From positions 32,302,001-32,366,000 of the forward strand of contig NC_043001.1 of NCBI RefSeq assembly GCF_006345805.1: a DNA stretch of 64,000 nt, given 5' to 3'. A model generated the notes under the pieces. The model did no database searches. It was given only the letters and a program-made list of their open reading frames with translations, and had not been told where the DNA came from. The position numbers were made by a program, and so were the translations under genes. Below, piece after piece: positions 54,378-64,000 of the stretch. Source of the DNA: Octopus sinensis. Lineage: Eukaryota. The stretch's first letter is position 1; each line of letters starts with the position of its first letter.

Positions 54378-54664
54378 ATATAATATATATATATAATATA
54401 ATAATATAATATAATATAATAATATAATATAATATAATTAATATAATATAATATAATATAATATAATATAATATAATATAATATAATAAATATAATATAA
54501 TAATATAATGTAATATAATATAAATAAGTAAATAAGTAACAATTGAAGGACATGCGTCAATTCTTTACGGCTGTTTCTAACGACTTTTTAAATTTATAAA
54601 TGAGCACATTATATCTTTGTAATATATATTCCGACCTAATGAAGTACCTCAACTGAATCTTACT

Positions 54665-54702
<38 letters not shown>

Positions 54703-55633
54703 TGTATGTGTGTGTGTGTGTGTGTGTCTGTGTGTGTGTGTAAATATATATACACACAAGAAATAACATTTGCCAATGCGACAAATTTACGAATTTAAGA
54801 AGCTCCAGAGTCTTGTTTATTTATATTGTACATTGGAATAAAACTTTTATTAAAAAAAAAAATTATTTTACTTTTTTTCATACAGAGTCGCAACTGGACA
54901 ATGTGGTGCTGGACTACCCCATTAGAAGCATAGAAGTATGTCGTTTGCCATAACATATCATACATATCTATCGCCTAGTGGATGAAATAGATTTCATTTC
55001 CGTAAAACAACAAACTGACCAGTCAACGAGCTGACCAATCAAGGAAGGACACTACGTAGTCGTTCAACCAGCTAGAAATAGCAAGCGCTCCTATCTCAAA
55101 TCACAAATCCGTCTTAAATGAAGGAAGAACTGAATATTATAATCGCTGATGCACAGAAACAAGATCGGAGTAGATCACACTTGGAATGATATTGGCTGTT
55201 AACGAATAACAAGCAAGTGCTCTATATAATTTATACTAAACTTGAAACTTGTAGGGTATCTTCATAGCGATGTTCAAGTTGTCTAAGTGTAATTCTTCTT
55301 GCCATTCAGAATTATTCCCTCTCCTTCCTCTCTCTCTCTCTCTCTCTCTCTCCTTCACTTTCTCTCTCTCTCTAAACTAACAGAGATTAAACATAAATTA
55401 ATGGATAAATCTCCAAAGGTAAGTCAAAGAATGAACTCATTTTATTATACTAAGAGTATAGCACACATGCGTTTACTTCTATAAATACAATATGCATACA
55501 AATATACAATAAGTATACAACGCAGAGTTGTGTGTGTTTAAAATAAAAGAGTATAATGCAACACGAATCTCAAATTGAGTATGTGTATGTGTATATATAT
55601 ATATGTGTGTGTGTGCGTATATATAATTATATA

Positions 55634-55672
<39 letters not shown>

Positions 55673-55940
55673 GTAGGTAAGAGCTAGAAATACTCGGTGT
55701 AGAGAATAAGTAGTAATGTTCAAATGAATTTTAATTTAAACTCCGTAATCTTCATCCAGGACTAGGGCCACGGCGTCAAGAGTAGTTATAAGAGGATTCC
55801 AATACGAAGTGATATGGAAGTAGTAATGCAGATGAACACAATTAGACTTGACTTATATTTATACATACATACATAAATACATGCTTAGGTACATATACAT
55901 ATATACACAAACACACACACACAAATATAAACATACATGT

Positions 55941-55978
<38 letters not shown>

Positions 55979-56295
55979 GCATATATTCAGAATGGTAAAC
56001 ACATGTGCATATAAACATATGTATACAAATATGTTCGCATAGAGCATAAACAATACAGAATGCTAAGAAGACACCACATAATTTTTTAACACGATAGCTG
56101 TTCCAGAGAGCTCGAATTTACGTAATAATTGTAAAAATAATAATTTTCAGGTGGAATGTGCAAAATGTCTTTCGTATGAAGGTAACTAGTAAACAGTCAC
56201 TCAAAGATATTACCCTAAGCCCGGCTACCTTCATCAAGAGAAATGGGGCAAAAGCAATGCATATAGTTATGCCAGAGATTTGAACGTTGAAAAAA

Positions 56296-56505
56296 GAGAG
56301 GAGGAAGATAAAGAACCAAAGGCATGGGGAGGGAAGATATAATCGGTGTAGGAAGAGGGAGTAGAAGAAATGAGAGGCATGAAGAAGGGCATTGGCTATT
56401 TCTATTAGGGAAGAAGCGGGTATTTCTATATCTTTATTCCCGCTCACTACGCCGTTTATATCTTTCCCTCTCCCTGCCGCTCGTTCTTAATCTTCCTCCT
56501 CTCTC
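56296..56505. repeat. Imperfect purine/pyrimidine inverted repeat, ~80-bp arms
   Basis: GAGAGGAGGAAGATAAAGAACC...GGGAGTAGAAGAAATGAGA versus the reverse complement of 56424-56505; roughly 75-80% identity by eye. Confidence 0.7.
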
Positions 56506-56983
56506 CATTTGGCTTTGAAATCTCTACGATATGAACTGATTTTGCCAATTTCTTTTGGTTCAAGGCAATAATATGCCTTCGACCACCTTGTCTACTGTAT
56601 TTTTTTCTGGGTGGTTTCCACTTTTCTCTTGACGATGGTAGCCAGACATATCGTAATATCTCTTGTGCGACTGTTTACTAGTTACATACCCAAGACTTTT
56701 TGCCCATCTGAAAAGCAAGAACATTACGAATATTATGTAATTCTGAGCTTCTTGAAACAGTTGTCGAGTTGAGAGGTTATGTATCCTCTTCTTAAAATCC
56801 GTAGGGTGGTAATAGTGTCTTTTGACGTCTATTTTTTCAGTGCGTGGTGAGGCGCAAGCCAAGATTTTGCTGTAATTATGTATATAATTATAAAATATTT
56901 GTAAAATTTACCTTTGAGGATTTTATTTCCGCATTGACTACCTGGTACAAATCATTAATGATTTTTACCCTTTATTGTTATTA

Positions 56984-57030
<47 letters not shown>

Positions 57031-57484
57031 GTTATTATTATTATTATCATATATATATATATGTGTGTGTGTGTGTATGTAATGTATGTATGTATGTATG
57101 TATGTATATACATATATATACGTACACATAAATATATATATGTATTTATATGTAGATAGAGAGATATAGAGAGAGAAAGAATGAGGGAAGTGGAGAAGGG
57201 AGGAGAAAAGGAAGAAAAAGGAGAATGATGTAAGACTAAATCTGATCAAAATATAAATAAAATTGACGAAATAATCCTCTTCTTCTTTGCACATTTAAAA
57301 AAAAAAAAAACTTCGTCATGTCCAGTCAGAAAATAATGAACGCAAAATAGCAAGAGGAGCAAACCTGCCTAAAGAGTTAATGGAATAAATATTATCACTA
57401 AATGTGTTCACTGAAAAATCAACAGTATTGCAACAAAGTCTCGAAACTGGAATGTTGTTTCGAAATGGTTGAAGTGTCAGGTTG

Positions 57485-57668
57485 CTCTATGCTAGTACTC
57501 TGCCACTTATATGCTGCAGCCCACTGGTGTGCCGCGAAACGATGCTAGGTGTGCCACAGTGTAAGCTGAATATAATTTTTTTCCCTATACATATAGTCAT
57601 ATCTTTAGTTCAGGTGTGCCACCGAATTTTGAAAATATAAGAGAGAAAGGTTGCGAAGCACTGCTCTA
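57485..57668. mobile_element. Degenerate hAT (Charlie-like) MITE
   Basis: Right end AAAGGTTGCGAAGCACTGCTCTAG resembles GGTTGGGAACCACTG; three internal GGTGTGCC motifs; left TIR decayed. Confidence 0.45.
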
Positions 57669-57694
57669 GGCCAAGAAGATCCATCATTTATCAC

Positions 57695-58060
57695 TGCCTT
57701 GTTTACGTCGTTAGAGTAAAACAGCGCTGATGCCTCGTCTTGAAGGGTTTAGTGGAACAAATTTATCAGAACTTATTTTCTATGCCTGGAACTTTTTCTT
57801 TTACCGAATCTCTAAATTGCGTGAACGTAAATAAATAACACCGGCTCTCAAGCAGTGAGGGTACACACACACAAAACATATATACAGACACAAACACAGA
57901 CAGACAAACACATGCACATATATAAAATATTCATGGGGCTTCCATACAGTTTCTGTTTACCAAATTCACTCACACAACATTTGTTAGCACGGAGCTATTG
58001 TAGGACACCTGCTCAAAATATCACACTGTGGAATTGACACCGAAACTATGTTATTGCGAG
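57695..58060 (-). mobile_element. Diverged SINE D copy
   Basis: Colinear with 30822-31220, including the internal CA tract. Confidence 0.6.
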
Positions 58061-58376
58061 GCCTTCAATAATACTGTGTTTTCCTCAATAAAAGACTAAT
58101 TTTGGTAAGAAAATATTTGATGATACTCAAGTGTATAGCAGAGTTACGGAAAGAAAAAGAAATCGAATTCAGTTGATTTTGAACTCAAGATTGAGAAGAC
58201 AGAAGCCAACAACAGAAAAAATTGTTCCACTTTCTGTGCTATTTTATGTTTAACACAATCGTGTTCATAATTTGAGGTCTAAATCAATCTCATTGTAAAC
58301 AGATACCACTTGTAATAACAGTCCATAGTTGTAAGCTATAGGAAGTGTATAAATATTGTTTCAATAATTAAATACG

Positions 58377-58623
58377 CTGGCAGAAACGTTAGCACGTCGG
58401 GCGAAATGCTTAGCGGTATTTCGTCTGAGGTTACATTCTGAGTTCAAATTCCGCCGAGGTCGACTTTGCTTTTCATCCTTTTGGGGTCGATTAAATAAAT
58501 ACCAGTTACGCACTGAGGTCGATTTAATCGACTTAATCCGTTTGTCTGTACTTGTTTGTCCCCTCCGTGTTTGTCTGTCCTTGTTTGTCCCCTCCGTGCC
58601 CCTTGTGGGCAATAAAGAAATAA
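58377..58623 (+). mobile_element. SINE A young copy with 14-bp TSD
   Basis: TSD AATAATTAAATACG at 58363-58376 and 58624-58637; internal duplication of TGTTTGTCTGT(A/C)CTTGTTTGTCCCCTCCGTG. Confidence 0.9.
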
Positions 58624-58639
58624 AATAATTAAATACGTT

Positions 58640-59290
58640 GTTAAGGCGGCAGGTTGGCAGAACTGTTAGCAGGTCAGACAACATGCTTAGTTGCGTTTCA
58701 TCCCTCTTTGCGTTCTGAGTTCAAATTTCGCCGAGGCTGACTTTACCTTTCAACCCTTTCACACTGAGATCGATGTAATTGACTAACGCCTCCCTCGAAA
58801 ATGCTGACTTTGTGCCAAAATTGGAAGCTAATAATTAAATATCCTGGTAAGGCGGCAAACTGTCAGAGCCGTTTGTAAGCCGGACCAAATATTTAGCTGT
58901 ATTTTATCCGTCTTTGCGTTCTGATTTCAAATTTCGTCGTGGTTGACTTTGCTTTTCAACACTTTCGGGGTCGAAATAAGTACTAGTTGAGCACTAGGGT
59001 CGATGTAATTGACTAACTCCTCATTCGAAATTGCTGGCCTTGTGCCAAAATTTGAAAGTATCCTGGTAAGGTGGCAAGCTGGCAGAGCCGTTAGTAGGCC
59101 GGACAAAATGCTTGGCTGCATTTCATTCGTCCTTGCGTTCTGAGATCAAATTCCACCGAAGTTGACTTTGCCTTTCGTCCTCTCAGAGTCAATTAAATAA
59201 GTACCAGTGGAACACTGGGGTTGATTTAAACGACTGATCACTCCCCTCATCCACCCATATTTCAGATCTTGCACCTATGGCAGAAAACAA
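58640..59290 (+). mobile_element. Three head-to-tail old SINE A copies
   Basis: Units start at ~58643, 58841 and 59060; the last two share the prefix ATCCTGGTAAGG and GAGCCGTT. Confidence 0.85.
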
Positions 59291-59310
59291 TCCCTTAGTA
59301 ACCCTGTTAG

Positions 59311-59473
59311 ATAGGCGCAGGAGTGGCTGTGTGGTAAGTAGCTTGCTTACCAACTACATGGTCTCGTGTTCAGTCCTACTGTGTGACACCTTGAACAAGT
59401 GTTTTCTACTATAGCCTCAGTTCGACCAAATACTTGTGAGTGGATTTGGTAGACGGAAACTGGAAGAAGCTCG

Positions 59474-59526
<53 letters not shown>

Positions 59527-59841
59527 GTAGGTGGCATACGTGTGGGTATATATTTATAAAAACGAAGTTTGAAAATGCCACTATATAAGATAAGATATAT
59601 ATATGTGTGTGTCTGTGTGTCTGTGTGTGTGTGTGTGTATGTTTGTGTCCCCCCAGCATCTCTTGACAACCGATGCTGGTGTGTTTACGCCCCCGTAACT
59701 TAGCGGTTCGGCAAAAGCGACCGATAGAATAAGTACTAGGCTTACAAAGAATAAGCTCTGGGGTCGATTTGCTCGACTATAAAGGCGGTGCTCCAGCATG
59801 GCCGCAGTCAAATGACTGAAGCAAGTAAAAAAAAAAAAAAA
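59311..59841 (+). mobile_element. SINE family D, full length, with a long internal microsatellite
   Basis: Head TAGGCGCAGGAGTGGCTGTGTGGTAAG; CORE-like CACCTTGAACAAGTGTTTTCTACTATAGCC; TA/TG tract at 59475-59640; tail GGCGGTGCTCCAGCATGGCCGCAGTCAAATGACTG plus poly-A. Confidence 0.9.
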
Positions 59842-60505
59842 GAGAGATCGTGACTCTGAGCAGAGGCGCAGAAATGGGAAACTGGACATTAGGCAAGTAT
59901 ATATTAGTAAAGTGACCCTCCTGCCACGACCACTATCACCACAACCAAACTTGGCAGAATCATTTGAAGTTTAAATTCTAATGTGACAAATTCAACTGTA
60001 CAGTTGAACAAAATAAAACAACAAAATAAAACAAAGCATATTTAAAAATCTAAGATGGATATTTTAATTCAACATTTTCTTGCCTGTTAGTAAAAGAAAA
60101 CAATGCAATATGTATTTATATACACAAAGAAATCATTATTACATATCAAATATAAACTGTGAAAGATGGACGGAGAACTGTTAAATTCAGAATGATCAAC
60201 ATTCTGAGCGTAGTTTTCTAAATAACCTTGAAAAGACGTCAGTCACCTCTGTAAGAAATATATAGAAATATAAAATGAACCTTTCACGCAATGATGTGTA
60301 TGTGTGTGTAAGTGTTTGTGTGAGTATTTGTGTGTGTTTTTGTTTGTGTGCGTGCGTGTTGATAGGTACATAGGTAAAGTAACAATCACTGATTGCGATT
60401 TCAATTGACGACACACTCCTCAAAAAATGCGTGTCCTTGTGTCAGTGCTTAAATTCAATTATATATGTGTGTATATATATATATACATATATATATATAT
60501 GTATA

Positions 60506-60817
60506 GTGAAGGGGCATAGCCCGGTGGTTAGAATGTCTGTCTCACAATCATAATGCTGTGAGTTCAAATTCCTAGACTGTGTTGTCTTCTTGAGCGAGAC
60601 CCTTTATTTCACGTTGTTCCAGTTCAGTCAGCTGTAGAAATGATTTGCCAAGCTGTATCGACCTTTGCCCTTGGATAACATCGATGGCGGGGAGAGGGAA
60701 GACTGGTATGCATGGGCGACTGCTGGCCTTCCCTAATGAACTTTGCCCGGACTTGTGCCTAGGAGGAGAACTTTCTAGGAGCAATCCTATAGTCATTCAT
60801 GAACGAAGAGGGTCTTT
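60506..60817 (+). mobile_element. SINE family C
   Basis: Colinear with 31799-32139, within (TA)n. Confidence 0.85.
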
Positions 60818-60818
60818 A

Positions 60819-60906
<88 letters not shown>

Positions 60907-60909
<3 letters not shown>

Positions 60910-62183
60910 GGGTTGGACAAAATAATGGAAACACCTAGCATCATAGCATCATAATATTGAAATATCTATGAAACCGTCAGAAGCTTGTTTATTTTTATAT
61001 TTTTGATTTATTATTAACGTTGCTTAGTATGTTTTGCTAAAATTGCCCGTTTCTTTTCAGATATCATCAGAAAAAGGTAATTAAAATTCATTAAATGACA
61101 GATCTATTGGACTTTCAAGGATGTCAAATTGTTGTTGCTCGTATGGCAAGCGCTAGCGTAACGAAATCAGTCGAAATGTTTGGTGTATCAAGAAGTACTG
61201 TCTCTAAAGTAATGACAACCTTTGAGAAAATGAGAAAAACCTCCTCGTCGAAACAAAACTCCAAAACAAAAACAAAACTTTTAGATAGGAACTGTCGACT
61301 TATACACGAATTGCTAGAAAAAATCACAAAAGTACAGCTCCCAGAATTCGTGCAGAGTTTAATGACCACCTCGAGAACCCAGTTTCCGCAAAAGCCGTTC
61401 GCTAGGAGCTCCACAAAGCCGGATTTCACGGGAGGGCTGCAATCAGAAAACCACTACTTCCATAAACTAACGTTGCACAGCGTTTAGACTGGAGAAAAAA
61501 CCTACAGAATCGGTCCCTAGAGCAGTGGAAGAATAATATTTTCTCGGACGATTCATCCTTTACCTTATTTCCGACCACCGGCCAAGTATACGTGTGGAGA
61601 CTGCCAACAGAAGCATTTGACCCAGACTGCCTTCTTCCAACTGTTAAACATGGAAGAGGATCTGTGATGATCTGGGGGTGGGGGGAGCTATATCTTGGAA
61701 ATCTGCCGGCCCAATGGTTTCCTTCATAGCAGATTTAATAGTCAAGACTATTTAAGCATTTTCTCTGATCAAATTCGTCCTATGCTTGCGGAACTGTTTC
61801 CGGAGGGAAACGCAATCTTTCAGGATGATAATGCACTAATTCACACAGCTAAAATTGTTACTGAACGCACGAGGAACATTCTAGTGAAGTTGAACATCTT
61901 ATCTGGCTACCACAGTCCCCAGGTCTCAATATTATTGAACATCTATGGTGCATTTTAGAAAAAACAGGTAAGGATTCGATATCCTCGACCATCATCACTA
62001 CAAGAACTGGAGACTGTTTTACTGAAGAATGGACATAAATTCCTTTGGAAACAATTGAAACTTTGTAGGAGTCGATACCTCGTAGAATTCAAGCTGAAAT
62101 TACTGCCAAAGGCGGTACTACTCCATATTAAAATATATTTGTTTGAAATTTTAAGGTATTTCTATTATTTTGTCCATTATTTT
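60907..62183 (+). mobile_element. Full-length Tc1 (DD34E-type) DNA transposon with a broken transposase at 61095-62131
   Basis: TIR core TGGACAAAATAATGGAAACACCT versus the right end matches 21/23; TA context. MTDLLDFQGCQIVVARMASASVTK paired-like N-terminus, FSDDSSFTLF, KHGRGSVMIWG, IFQDDNALIH, SQGLN/NIIEHLW region, GGTTPY*. Several frameshifts. Confidence 0.92.
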
Positions 62184-62671
62184 ATATATATACACACAAC
62201 CTCCCGACGAACGGGAAGTTGCAGGTTTTGTGATATTTTGGCAGCTTTGACACAAAAGGATATTACACTACTCTCGGCATTCGAGCACTATTATTTCCAC
62301 CTTGTTTTACATCTATGTGCTTACTCGTGTATGTATGCATGTATATATGTAACGTAACGGAATAGGGATTTAAAGCCTGGGTAGTACTTTATGAGCGCTC
62401 TCATACAAACCAGATCAAATTATAGGGAACAGTCCGAATCACTTAAGATAAACAATTAAACTGTACTTCACTCAGTAGATTAATCCGGAGTTCACTTCAT
62501 TGGATCTCATACAGCATCAGTGTTTATAATTAAGACATCATAATGAATAATGGAAAATTAGACATCTTCAAAAATGATTTATTATTAATTTTTTTCTTCA
62601 TATTCCATTCTAACACGTGTTTCTGCTGGATAAGTGTGCTAATTTCGTTTGATATAGCAAGTATGTGCATT

Positions 62672-62904
62672 CAAGACGGCGAGCTGGCAGAAACGTTAGC
62701 ACGCCGGGCGAAATGTGTAGCCGTATTTCGTCTGCCGTTACGTTCTGGGTTCAAATTCCGCCGAGGTCGACTTTGCCTTTCATCCTTTCGGGGTCGATAA
62801 ATTAAGTACTAGTTACGCACTGGGGTCGATGTGATCGACTTAATCCGTTTGTCTGTCCTTGTTTGTCCCTTCTGTGTTTAGCCCCTTGTGGGTAGTAAAG
62901 AAAT
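62672..62904 (+). mobile_element. SINE A young copy with perfect 20-bp TSD
   Basis: TSD ATATAGCAAGTATGTGCATT at 62652-62671 and 62905-62924. Confidence 0.95.
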
Positions 62905-64000
62905 ATATAGCAAGTATGTGCATTTACTTGATTTATATTAAGCCAATTGCAACACATTCAAATCTAAAGGTTGACAGTCGTATTCAGCTTTATTCGAGGT
63001 GTTACCCATACCAAAGGGTGAAGTAAATATATTAAAACGTGCAAAAATTTTTGGTTACGATTAAAAGAACAGCACCAATACTGGAGGTGAGTGGTTATGT
63101 AAAACGGAGGCAAAATATCTTTAATAAATTGAAATTTTAGTTGCAGTAAAACCAAAAAGTTAATCAAAATTCATTGAAATGAATACAGTAATTGATAGCG
63201 ATTCGCAAAGAAAAGGGAGATAATTTTTTTTTTAATAATTTTTATAGAAATGTTGCTGTTTATATTAAAGGGAAAAAAAATGATCGCCGTTAACACTTAA
63301 TATACTTCGAGCTTATCAGATATCATTTGCGAAACATTGTTTTCTCGAGCTTGGTTTTATCAGAGGACATACATTTTGAGAAGTCGAAAAGAATGTTACG
63401 AAGAATTTTGGCAATTACAACTCGCAATGGCAGCGATTTAGCTGACTTATTGAAGTATTGGCTAAAATGCTTCACGGTATTCAGAATCTCAGTGTTCGGC
63501 GTTCAAATCTCACCGAGTTCAGAGCCGATAAAAATTACTAGTTAAAAATGGTATTTGAACTATAGAAGTATCGCACCCGATACCTTGCAGTATTTAATCC
63601 AGCTCTCTATGTTCTGAATCAAATTCCACTTAGGTTCTTAAAAAAAAACTTCTTTCCCTATTCGCAGCCTTAATATAGCGATTAAAGCATATGTATTCAG
63701 ACAAAGAGTGACACTAAATACTTAATGCTGGGTGAAGTCGCAAGATGGGTTCTTCCAGCTGGAGAGATGTGTGTAGGCAAGTGAATAGGTGAAGGAATAC
63801 CGTATATAATAGCATATAAAACACACGCGCCTTAAAACATATAAAACACACATCTTTAAAAATCATCATAGATCCTTATATGCAAAGTTGGGCTTTCTAT
63901 AAGTTTTAATACATTAAAATCATTTTCCCCCTGAATATGCGCTGCTGAAATTGGGGTGTATCTACTAAACCCATGCGGTTTTTGAGCCATCACATACAGC

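Noticed and set aside
56560-56862. 100-aa minus-strand ORF vaguely like a THAP or GIY-YIG fragment
   Set aside because: The required C2CH or GIY/YIG residues are not present in any frame I could read.

Overview
AT-rich eukaryotic DNA dominated by repeats. The SINE and microsatellite repertoire looks like a coleoid cephalopod, probably Octopus; this is recognition from memory, not a database hit. I find no supportable host protein-coding exon, tRNA, rRNA or CRISPR array, so the window is probably intergenic or intronic. Most ORF-track entries are microsatellite or repeat artefacts. Recognisable content: four tRNA-derived SINE families (labelled A-D here, about 50 copies or fragments in total); a pile-up of R4/Dong-like restriction-like-endonuclease (RLE) LINE fragments around (TAA)n arrays (5.3-9.1 kb, 42.9 kb); a 5'-truncated CR1/L2-type LINE (38.3-39.7 kb) whose 3' end matches the tail of SINE D; a decayed Penelope-like element (PLE) RT/GIY-YIG ORF missed by the ORF track (23.5-25.6 kb, minus); several minimal hammerhead-ribozyme-like motifs and a PLE-type foldback family; a full-length but broken Tc1 transposon (60.9-62.2 kb); two non-autonomous Helitrons; MITEs; large compound microsatellite fields; and an unexplained, strand-biased ~58-bp degenerate tandem array (9.2-11.3 kb). 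The best leads are the recurrent exact tail-to-loop junction in SINE A multimers, the hammerhead/foldback PLE derivatives, the SINE-LINE shared tails and the 58-bp array. All alignments were done by eye.
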